The notes under the pieces: model-generated
What the model was told of the DNA's origin: nothing
Databases searched by the model: none
What the model saw: the letters and a program-made list of their open reading frames with translations, nothing else
In this document: piece by piece, positions 24,001 to 33,767 of the stretch
Layout of the letters: every line of letters begins with the position of its first letter
Position numbering within the stretch: position 1 is the stretch's first letter
Made by a program: the position numbers and the translations under genes
Assembly (NCBI GenBank): GCA_009602725.1
Contig: WELB01000023.1
Span: forward strand, 933,308 to 974,897
Direction of reading: 5' to 3'
Length of the DNA: 41,590 bases
DNA from: Spirogloea muscicola
Taxonomy: Eukaryota

Positions 24001-25502
24001 GCAATACGCAGTGACAGCTGCTTCCGATGGGACGCCCTGGACAGCGACTTCGGCCGGCACGTGACTCGCTTCATCTCCTGCCTGTCAGCCTTCCGTAAAC
24101 GGCGGCAGGCTCTGCTGCAGGTGCGAGCACCTCTGTGGGAGCCAACTCATTTTGGCCAGCTACTATGCTAGCATCGCTGGCGGCGCTTATGGCCTCTCCC
24201 TCGAGGAGCAGCTTTTGGATCCACAATCATCTTCTGTGTGCATCTCTCCGCGCTCGAAAGGACGAGCTGGCCACTGGGCTGGCCGTCTGCTCCATGAATG
24301 GAGCAGGCGAGGTCCGTTGCCTGCAACAACTGCTGAGTGACCAAATGCTTCAAGCCGCCTCCGCATACACACTGCTCTTGCTGCAGAGGCGCGACTTTCT
24401 ACCCCCCAACTGTGTCACCTGGCACGGCCTGACGCCCCTGCAGCCGGCATGGGACAGCCCCGACAGGTGCGGTGGTTGCTGTCCATGGCAGACAAGATGC
24501 AGCCAGATTGTCTTGTGCTCCTTTTGCTTCTTCGACCTTCGCAGGTCCTCTATGGTCGTTGTTTGCGCCATGCGATCCATGGCCATGCGGCCTGCTGCAG
24601 TACCTAAAAGACCCACGCTTGCCACCGCTGACGCCATTGCCTTTCTGTTGACAGCTGCTTCCTCGGATTTGAGATTCAGAGTGCGCCAAGCGGTAATGGT
24701 AGTCGCAAGCCCCGGCCTCCCGTCATCGCGGACCCAGACAAAGGAAACTTGTACATTGCCTTCAATGCTCACCACTACCCTGTCACGATCACGCTCCCAG
24801 AAGCTTCCGATGGCATGGGCTGGTAAGCTGCTGAGCTGCCGTAATCGCTTTTGCTTATTGCAGTTGTTTCAAGCGTGCCTCTCGTGTCACCCCCATGACC
24901 TGTGCAACACACCACTGAAAGCCGGGCCGTCAACTAACTGGGAAGCCATTCCTGATAGGTTCCGTGTGGTGGACACCTCCCTCAACTCTCCTCATGACTA
25001 TGACCTCGGCGGCACGGAGATCCACCCGGCCGAGGAAGGGTGAGCCCTGCCACTCGCTCTTCTAGGTCCTTGTTTTGCTGCAGGTTGTCTGACATGCATT
25101 CACTCGCCTGCGAGCGCGATTGAGGCTGGCATTGCAATATCTCGTGCTGCAGCACAATGGCTCGTGCTGCAATGGCAAATCTTAGCAGGAGTTGCCGCAG
25201 GTCCGCTTAGTGTCAAGGAGGACTGAGCAAGTGGCCAGCTCTGACCTGCGGCGGTGTGCTGAAGTGGGCGGGCTAAGCTCACCAGACCTGCGCCGCTCTG
25301 CCTTTGCTCGTTGGGGGCCAGGCTGGAGTGCAAGTACGACCTGCAATCGTATGGCGCGCTGCTGCTGGAGGCGCGCATCCCTCTCGGCCCAGGGGGCGTG
25401 CGGCGGCCCCGCAAGGCCGCTGCCTCTGCAGCTGCCGCGCCTAGCCTCGACGCATTTGCCGTGCCAATACCGGCAAGGGCCGCCAGGGTCGCGGCCCCCT
25501 AG
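18021..25502 (+). CDS. ISA2: Isoamylase 2 (non-catalytic starch-debranching subunit, CBM48 + GH13), about 25 exons
   Basis: KYIMHVEGGGQ|V..LYLHW|GLFRSD; GRPEPLG..GSVNFALYSRNA; LDPYA; FDWEDD; VYDMNVRGFT..RGTFAGVMEKIEHL; SFRGIDSSVYY; FNCNHPAVQKM|IVDSLRHWVEEYHIDGFSFPNA; FDPVLADVKLIADP; FPHWGRWSEWN; SWNSGEEG; GVPVVSMGDEYG; LYIAFNA; W|FRVVDT. The catalytic motifs are altered as in ISA2. ATG 18021 is tentative. Confidence 0.88.
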
Positions 25503-26333
25503 CCCGCTCCCCCTCCTCGCCTCCCTCCTTCTCCCAGCCCATCGGCCGAGTGCAGAAGAGCTGACCCGCGTCTTGCAACTCGAGGAAGCTCAGGTCCCTG
25601 AGGCCTTGCCACCGGCGCTCCTGCTTGGGCAGCGCTTGCTGTCACTTTTGCTCAAGTACTCGCAAAAGTGCCAGTTGCAGAATTGTGACTACAACACAGT
25701 GGAGGCAAGCGGCTGGAGCCTGTGCTTCGCTGCACTATCACAGCAGACAGCCAGGCTTACATTTTATTCCGCAGCCAATGACCTTGCAAATAATTCGCCG
25801 CTCGTGGAGAATAGGGAGCCCGGTGTCTTTCTGACGCATACCCCATCACGGCATGTGGGACCTTGCTGCTGCCTGAAAACAGCAGGCTGCGACGATCGGC
25901 CATTGCGGCTACAGCACCGGACGAATGCAGCTATGATCAATTCGCTAGGTTCTGCACAGCTTGCATCAGCCAGAAGCACTGCAATAAGTGCGAATTGCAG
26001 TGACCACCACCGGCCCTTGAAGCAAGACGTTGCCAAGGTAGCTGCCTTCTGGGTGCTACTCTGCTGTGATGTGTTCTCCAGAAACTTATTCACTTTGCCA
26101 CACGTTCTTCCGTGGCAGCCACTTGTCCCCTTTTGGCAGGCAATCCAGCAAGGTGAGGGGCAGCAAATCTGCTGCCAGGCACTGGGGTTGCGGACACATG
26201 ACCATGCTGGCCCGCTGGTGCCAGAAAAGTGACATGAGCAAGCAGCGCCCAAGCTGGGGCATGGAGCTGCGGGCATGGAGGTGCTGTTGAGTGCTGCAGC
26301 TGGAGGGGCAGGGGCGGAGAGGCATGCTGATGA

Positions 26334-26383
26334 GCTACTGTGCGCGCGAGCTTGTAGAAGCTCAAGCTCGCGCGCACAGTAGC
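26334..26383. repeat. Perfect 21-bp inverted repeat with 8-nt loop
   Basis: gctactgtgcgcgcgagcttg-tagaagct-caagctcgcgcgcacagtagc. Confidence 0.95.
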
Positions 26384-26386
26384 CCC

Positions 26387-29300
26387 TTACCTGGGCAGCT
26401 TCTTGATAGCCAGCTCCTGCTTGGAGATCCAGAAGGACCCCTGCAACTCGCCTGACTCAAAAGTGATCAACTCCCAGAAGCTGCCCAGCTTGTGCTCTGG
26501 CCTCGGCGGGCCCTGCTGGTATGGCCGTCCCACGCCCTCCACCTGCGCGCCGTCCCCCGCCGGTATGAAGTGTGTACCAGCAACCAGGCTGCCAATCACC
26601 CGGACCTGGAGGCCATACTTGCCATCCGGCCGGCAGTCGAGAAACTCCACCGTGTGCACCAGCCGCTCGCCAGGGCGCGGCCCTGCCAGCTGGTTGCGCA
26701 GCTGCGTCAGCAGTGTGAATATCCTGGGCGCACCCTCATTGCGCTGATTTGCAAAACTGCACACGGGCAAAGCAACATGCTGCAGCTCGTCAGCCCATGC
26801 TCATAATGCTCTCTTGCCCGACCGCGTCAGTCATGGTCTGGAACAGGATCCCCTCAAGCTCGCTCTCCAACTCTTCAACCACCCTCCTCAACCCCCTCCT
26901 TCAAGCGGTGCACAGCAAGCTCAAAATGCCGCCGCCAATGATGCGAGCATCACTTGCTGATGAGTTTGAGCTTACACTAAGGTAGATGATGGTCTGTAGA
27001 AGCTCTCCATATGCTTCCAGGAGCTGTTGGGGCCGTCAAATAGCATATAGTAGTGAATGGTTAACATCTGCACCAATGTGGAAACGCCTCAAAATTCAAT
27101 CAGGACTCTCTTCCAAGTTGGCAGAAGTTGACAACCATCAGCCCACTGTAGAAACGCCTATTCAATCAGGACTCTAAGTTGGCAACCATCAACATGGGCT
27201 GCCCCTAGTCATTGCCCATTCAGAGATTGATGTGTGCAATCCAAAAGTATGAATGGTCCGAAGACAGGACAGCTCAGCTGTGGCCTGTCTATCCATATGA
27301 GCAAGGACACTCAAGGAACAGCCAGAACATGCTCTGGAGTGGGATTTACATCTGACAGATCTTTCAGACGCTCGCAAGGATCAAAGACGCTGTGAATGAA
27401 GCTGGGAAGATCAACATCCGTGTTCTCGTACTTTCTTATGTAGGGGTGTTGCAGCAACTGCCAGGATGAAGAGGAGCTTTGAGTTTTGGCGAGAAGACAA
27501 TTATGACACAAGGTGCAACATGTCAAGGTGCAGACTAGTATCAAAGCTCCACTTTCATTTACATACTGCCATAGTAGCTCTGCACCTTAGAGACCATGTT
27601 GATGAGAACCAGTAGATGTGTGAGTTGGACGTACTTCACATAAGTAGTCATCAGCAAGAGCAGTCACGTCTACCTGCTCTGCTGTTGGTCTTGCCCTGGA
27701 ATCCTTGAGGAGACAAGCATCCACAAAGGACCGAAATTCCGGCGAGAACCTATCCGCAGGAGGGCTAGGGGAAGGGTCTTCCATCACCTGCACACAATTG
27801 CAGGTCAATGTGAGCCTAGCATTGATGGTGTATGCAACAGTAACAGGGACAGTATAACAACATTGGGATACTTGATCACCTTGATATCATGAAGGTCAGT
27901 TGAAGGTCATTGCTCAACAGGCATTGTTTTGTGAATTTACGTGCTAGCTGCTTCCATTTGCTTGAAAGCCAGCGCAATGGAGCAATCACACACTAGCCTC
28001 AATCGATAGTCATGTCAGATGCACATGACAGACGAGGCAAAGTGGGAATAACCTGTAGCATGAGAGTGACAGGTCCTTTGTTTGCATTGTATGGAAATTC
28101 TCCTGTTCCGCATTCAAGCAGTGTCAAACCCAAGCTCCAGATGTCAGCTGGATATGAATACTGTTGATTGTTAATTCGCTCAGGTGACATGTAGGTTACA
28201 GTTCCCACAAATGTTGCACACTGCATCGTCACAATTGATGGTATTCAGGATGGGACCCACTCTGGCCTCGAAGTTATTGCTGATTAAGGTCATTCGACAG
28301 TCAATCGCAGGCCTTGTGCAACGGATATAGTGCCTGCCAAATCAGGACAATGGACTGTGCAGGCAGATCGCTGGTCAAAAAGCTATGCAACAGACACAAC
28401 TACCTCATCCGTTCTACTGCACTCACCATTGCTATTGAGTTGTCAAGGCCAGCGCTAATCCCAAAGTCAGTGATTTTAGGTTCGCCCGAGAGATTCATCA
28501 GCAGATTAGCTGGCTTGATGTCACGGTGTACAAGGTGGCGACTCTGATGGAGATAGCAGAGGCCCTAGTCGTTATCAAAAGTACGAAAAAAGCATGTGTA
28601 AGAGCTCAGAGACCATGCAATTGTGCCCAACGTTGTGTGTAAATTAGCTTCACCCTGACCTCTACTTCACTTGAATAACTTGAGATCTGCATCCGTCACC
28701 ATGACCAATCAGAGCAGCACTAGCTTTCACAGCGTGTTATGGAGTACATGCCATGCGCAAGAGATCTGGACACTTACGTGCAAGACTTTGCGTGTGATGA
28801 CTGACAGAATAGGCTCTGGAATGATCTTTGCTTCGCGCACAACATCTGCCAACGATCCTCCGTCCATGTACTCAAGTGCAATGCTGATTTGACCACTATC
28901 TGGGGAATAGAATGCTCCATAGAACTCCACAAGACCTCGGGCATTTGGTGCCTCACAGAGTAGCTTAATCTCGTTCATCAAAAGGCTCCTCTTGTCCTGC
29001 TCTAGATCATAGGCAAGCCAGCAAGGTCAAGTAGAGCAACAATAGCAGACTGCTGTCTGAGCAGTCTACATACCAAATACATAAGCTCCTGCCCAAGGGA
29101 CGGCCGAATGTGGATCAATGATAAACTGAAGCAAGTGCACAGACTGCTTCTCATGAGAACCATGGATGGTGGGTCTCCACATAGTTGGCTCGCTGTCTTT
29201 CAGTGTAGGAAGATTGAGAATGACGGTGACAGGTAGTAGCAAGATTGACAAGATCATATATAGCCACGGACGACAATCCACTGTTAAAGACTAACATGCA

Positions 29301-30010
29301 AGCAGCTCTGCTGACCTTTTCAAAAACGTTGATCTTCTTGAGGGCCACAATCCGATGGGTTGGAATATGCACAGCTTTCCTCACCACACTGCTAGCTCCG
29401 AAGCCAATTGCACCAAAAAGGCACATATCCTTTGAAGCAATCCGATAGTTGTATTCCCTGCTTGTTCCCTCTGCGTCCCTGTCATCACCTCGTGTGCTCA
29501 CAACTCTCTGGAACTGCAGCCCTTCTGAGTTTATGGCGAAATCTCCCCTGGTTTGACTCTGCAGATTCAGAGTACCTTCATCTGACACCTGTAACATACC
29601 AGATTGAAAGTATTGATCAAATTGAGGCTTTTCAGTCACAAGGTGCAGGCTTCTTTGCTCGGCTCAGCTCCTCCAGCCCGTATCTGCATTGTTAGCTTCT
29701 TCCTCTCAGTAGCCAGGTGTCATTGTGTTTAGCAGCTAATGGACAGTTTGTACACGACAAGAGCAAAGGCACACGTCCTTGAGATGTAGCACTCTACAGG
29801 TGCAGGGATAGCAGTTGTCGCGCATCCTGCTATGTCTGCAGACCTGCAGGTCTACTGCACATGCTGTTACACAAGGGGTAGATGATCTGGCATAGACACC
29901 TTATATGAGGCCGTCACGTCAATGGACATATCAGACGAGTCCGGAGCTCTGGAGTTCAGGTCGCACATGAGCGGCGAAAGCCGTTTCTTCAATTGCTCCA
30001 TTGCAACCAT
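26387..30010 (-). CDS. MKK3: MAP kinase kinase 3 (group B MAPKK with C-terminal NTF2 domain)
   Basis: [59 protein letters not shown]|..[25 protein letters not shown]|..[43 protein letters not shown]..|..[12 protein letters not shown]|..[24 protein letters not shown]. Confidence 0.95.
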
Positions 30011-30479
30011 TCCTGCAGCAAGTGGCGCTACTTATGGGACTGCCTGTGCAGTGATCCTCCGCATCCTCATTGTGCGCATATCTGGCGCGGCGTTTCCACC
30101 AAGGACTACCCCTGGCCTCGGAAGCAGGTGCCAATGGCGCCAAGCGAGGACAGGTGTCGCCAGGCCGGTTCGCAAGCTGCACCGAGGCTCGCGGGGCGGG
30201 GAGGCGCCCGCGCTGCCGACTACCGCCTCGACGTCGACGCCGGCCGTCGATGGCAGGCCGGCCGTGTCAGTGAGGTCGAGGTGCTGCGCGGCAGGGAGCC
30301 GGGGCGAAAGGAGGCGCCGCGGCGGGCGGCGCGGGCGCTGGCCGGGGAGGTGGCGGCGCCGTGGCGGCCCTCGTGGGGCCCGCCTGCGAGATCGGATACC
30401 CGTCGCCACCGTCTCGGCCCACCAACGGGGCGCGCGCCGTCTTGGAAAGACACCCACTCCCTTTCCCTACTCGAGAACA

Positions 30480-30715
30480 TAGCGAGTCTGGGATATGCAC
30501 GACGCGAGGATATGCTCCCAGCCCAGATGGGTATGCCGGCAGCCTATCTGTCATTTCTGCGACGTCGAGTGTCAACCTGTCTGCAACGAGCTCAGGCGTA
30601 TGCTCTGCATCAGAAAGCTGGTCGAGCCTTAGCTGCTGGCACAAGAGCTAGTCAATTGCCGTCCGGTATTCGAGCGTCAGCTAGCGACCTCTATGTGCTG
30701 ACTCGTGGTTACTGA
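30480..30715 (+). mobile_element. Divergent family A-type 5'-truncated copy with intact reading frame and no UTR
   Basis: AAYLSFLRRRVSTCLQRAQAYALHQKAGRALAAGTRASQLPSGIRASASDLYVLTRGY*. Confidence 0.8.
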
Positions 30716-30719
30716 GCGG

Positions 30720-30790
30720 GTCAGCTTAGCAGCAGGTGACGTACATTTGTCCAATATGCTTGCCTTTGTACTTGGCCACACTTGGCCTCC
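30720..30790 (+). mobile_element. Family B internal fragment
   Basis: tcagcttagcagcaggtgacgtaca..tgcttgcctttgtacttggc is the near reverse complement of 33274-33342. Confidence 0.7.
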
Positions 30791-31059
30791 CCATCTCTTA
30801 ATATACACGCATTTCCTTTCCCGTTCCCCGCGCCGGCCGCTCATGCTCCAGCACGAGCCGGTGGGGTTAATAAATAGTGGGGCGGGGTGGACGGCCGACA
30901 CCCACGCCCGCCACGACTGCGCGACGGCGGAGCACATGCCGGAGGCGCCACGCCCGACAGCCAGGGTTATAGGCGCTTATTTAGAAGAACTATATACCTT
31001 TTCATGCCTTGTGTCAGCTTTTCCCGTGGATACTTACGTACACTGGTAGCTGAGACACC

Positions 31060-31150
31060 TTAGCATAGGGCTGCCTTTCATGTAGCCTCACATTTTTCAC
31101 TAGCCTTTGCCTGACAGTGTGTTGGCTTGTATTTGGCCACCCTTTCAATT
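31060..31150 (+). mobile_element. Family B 3' tail
   Basis: tagggctgcctttcatgtagcc..gcctgacagtgtgttggct..tggccaccctttcaat aligns with 5432-5520 (-) and 33160-33240 (-). Confidence 0.65.
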
Positions 31151-31239
31151 CATGCGTACGGCACACCTCCTCTCTCTCGTCCCGTTTCCTCTGGAACTTG
31201 TCATTCGTGGGCTGGCCTTCGAAGCCCTCGCCGCCTTTG

Positions 31240-31611
31240 CAGGAGCTGCGTCTTCTGAGGCCGTCCATCGTCAGCAAGGACAACAAGGTGAGCTGCCCGT
31301 CTGCAACGCCGCCAGGTCGCTTGCCAAGTTTTTCCGCATGAAGCTAACTGATTTCTTCCTTTGTTCCCAGGCTCACGCAGAGCACTTGCGGTCAGACCGT
31401 GCTTTGGTTGCTACTTCTGGCTCTCGTTGGGGTGCCTCATTTCCAGCTGCAAGCACTCCGACTTGCGGCTGCTGACTCGGGGTTACAAAGCTCCCGTTCG
31501 CTGTAGTCTCTTGTATAGCTGTGTGGTTTTGAAGCTTTTTGGACCTTCTCCAACCTTTCTGGGCTGGCTTCCTGCAACCCCCGTCCATTAGGAAGAGCTC
31601 ACTTCTTCTTC
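31240..31611 (+). mobile_element. Family A copy with UTR and (TTC) tail
   Basis: AARSLAKFFRMKL..SQAHAEHLRSDRALVATSGSRWGASFPAAS/HSDLRLLTRGY, followed by gggctggcttcc..gaagagctcacttcttcttc. Confidence 0.75.
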
Positions 31612-31657
31612 TGAGGCGCGCGCGCTGCTCTTGGATTCAATCAAGTGCGACCATGAC

Positions 31658-31712
31658 AAAAAGGGAATGTGCTCGCCCATAGAGAGTGGCTGTGGTGGCC
31701 GCAGACCGAAAG
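31658..31712 (-). mobile_element. Family A tail-only fragment
   Basis: Plus strand gctcgcccatagagagtggctgtg matches the tail and UTR motifs of other copies. Confidence 0.55.
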
Positions 31713-31974
31713 TAAATGTACGGAGTGTCGTGGAATGGCAGCGCCGACGCAGCAGAGCACCGCCGGACGCGACAAGATGGAGGGGCGGGAGTTTCCGAAG
31801 CGATTTGGCTGTACTGGGCCATCCCGCGGTACACCGGCGTCAGTGGCTCGACAAGTCGGTCGATTACGAGTGTTGGCAGCCGCTGCCATTACGTGAGAAG
31901 CCTCGCTGCCGTCGTCGCGTATCATTGATGGAAGCGCGACTTGCCCACGTGCGCGGCAGGCAGCGCCGGCCCTT

Positions 31975-32044
31975 GAAGAAAGAGCTCGCCCATTGAGGAT
32001 AGGGGCTGGAACAGCCAGCCCAAAAAGAATGGACAAAGTACGAG
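31975..32044 (-). mobile_element. Family A tail fragment (70 bp), nearly identical to 5868-5938
   Basis: gaagaaagagctcgcccattgaggataggggctggaacagccagcccaaaaagaatggacaaagtacgag. Confidence 0.8.
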
Positions 32045-32140
32045 CCCTTGGGCTCGCTGCGCGGCCCAGCTGGCGTCGTCCACCGGCTATTCTGCCTGGT
32101 GCACAGATTGTTCTGACTTGATTTAGCGGAGCCAGAGTTA

Positions 32141-32350
32141 AAGAAGGGCTCGCCCATCGCTACTCCCATCCTGGCTGTGTGCTGGGGAAGTGCAAGCGCA
32201 TTCCTTCCGAGAATTCGTAGCTGTGAGTTCCCGCCCAGCCCAGTGAGAAAGCAAAATCCTCAAGAATCTCAAGAAGGGATTGATCTGGCTGCCCCGCTCG
32301 CAATGGAGAAGCATCTGTTCAGAGGCATGGCTGTGAAAGGCCAGCCCATA
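32141..32350 (-). mobile_element. Further family A tail/UTR remnants
   Basis: aagaagggctcgcccat (32141-32157) and atggctgtgaaaggccagcc (32328-32347, identical to 32603-32622). Confidence 0.45.
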
Positions 32351-32579
32351 GGTAATGGTGGAACCGAAACAGCAACCTCACGCATGGACCTTCCTGAAAT
32401 AGGTTGACCGAGTTGGGCGAGAAGGCCCACGGCAATGGAGCGATAAGGAAGGAATGCCTCAAGTGAAGGCACTTACACTACCACATATAGTATACATCTG
32501 GCGAAAGCCTAGTGAACAAGGTCCAGATTGAGCTTCTCAGGAGGGTATGGAGTGTGTAGTGAGTGATGGAGGGCATGAG

Positions 32580-32850
32580 TGGCCAAGTCCAGGGGGGGGC
32601 AATGGCTGTGAAAGGCCAGCCAAAAGACAGACGTGACAACGCCTAGAAGGGGCCAGAAGCGCAAACCTACACATCCACGCACGTGGCTACAACGACTGGG
32701 TGCTAAACTACGCCTAGCCAGCAGCTGCAAGTCAGAGTAGCTTGCAGCCGGGAAAGTGTCACCACTCAGAGACCCAGAAGCAGCAGCCAACGCACGGGCT
32801 GCCTGCAAGTGCGGTGACAAAGCAAGGGAACGCTGGAGCGAGAGTGCGCC
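32580..32850 (-). mobile_element. Family A copy with UTR
   Basis: LSLQRSLALSPHLQAARALAAASGSLSGDTFPAASYSDLQLLARR; its UTR resembles 10370-10490. Confidence 0.8.
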
Positions 32851-33134
32851 AGGTCCAAAGGAGTGGGAGAGTGTAGAACGCACTATGGTAGCCTGCTCAG
32901 TATCCCCTGGTCAGCAGCTGCAAAGTGGGAGAAACCAGCTAACACAGTCCTTTCAAAGTAAGGCGATGGCTGTGAGAGCCCAGCCCGCATGGAACAAGGA
33001 CCAGCAGCCGGACCGGCCAGCCCAGTTATGGACGACAGGGGCGCTCGCGATGATTAACAGCTTTCTCCAGATGGAGGCGAAGGATGTGGAGGCCAAACCA
33101 ATGAGGACAAAGTGGCAATGGCGCGCGGTGCGCA

Positions 33135-33390
33135 TATATTGAAATATATATACATATATATTGAAAGGGAAGCCAGTATCAGCCAATACTCTGTTCAGGC
33201 TTCAGTGCAAGAGTGGGGCTACGTAAAACGAAGCCCTACGCGAAGGAAGATGGAGCGAGTGTACTGCGTGACGGAGGGCCTGAGTAGCCAAGTACGGAGG
33301 CAAGCACATTGACAGATGTGTACATCACCTGCTGCTAAGCTGAGGGGGGCATGAGACTGGACAGAGGCCAGCTCGCGCACACTGCTCGCG
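33135..33390 (-). mobile_element. Longest family B copy, ending in an AT-rich (TA)n-like tail
   Basis: Contains both the 30720-30790 and the 31060-31150 segments; the sense 3' end reads tggcttccctttcaatatatatgtatatata. Confidence 0.65.
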
Positions 33391-33404
33391 CGGGTTACAG
33401 ACAG

Positions 33405-33433
33405 ACGAAAGGGCTCGCCCATTGAAAGGTTAC
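33405..33433 (-). mobile_element. 29-bp family A tail flanked by a 9-bp direct repeat
   Basis: tacagacag[acgaaagggctcgcccattgaaaggttac]tacagacag. Confidence 0.55.
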
Positions 33434-33580
33434 TACAGACAGGTTACTAAACCCCACCAAAGCCCTGCGTTGCCCCAAGGCGTGAAGCAGCCCCTGCCCC
33501 GGCTTTGCCGCCGGCTTCCACGGGCGGCCCTCCCGCCCGCGGCGGTCGCGGCGGCGGCGGCGGCTGCGGCGGGAGCGGCC

Positions 33581-33730
33581 ATGGCGGGTCACGCGCTGGA
33601 GATCTCGGGCGAGCGGCAGACCGGGCAGGACGTGCGCACGCAGAACGGTGGGCGAGAGCCGGCGTGCCGAGCTCGGCGGCGCCGCCTCGGCGCCGAGCGG
33701 CGCCTCTCGCCGCTGAGCAGCCGGCCTGAC

Positions 33731-33767
<37 letters not shown>

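Noticed and set aside
29589..29690. Out-of-frame [13 protein letters not shown] resembling the MKK3 N-terminus, suggesting a frameshifted pseudogene
   Set aside because: The true first coding exon ([17 protein letters not shown], 30010-29900) splices in frame to VSDEGT at 29588, so this stretch is intronic coincidence.
31029..31048. ATACTTAC, similar to the U1 snRNA 5' end
   Set aside because: It continues GTAC rather than CTGG, with no further U1 similarity.
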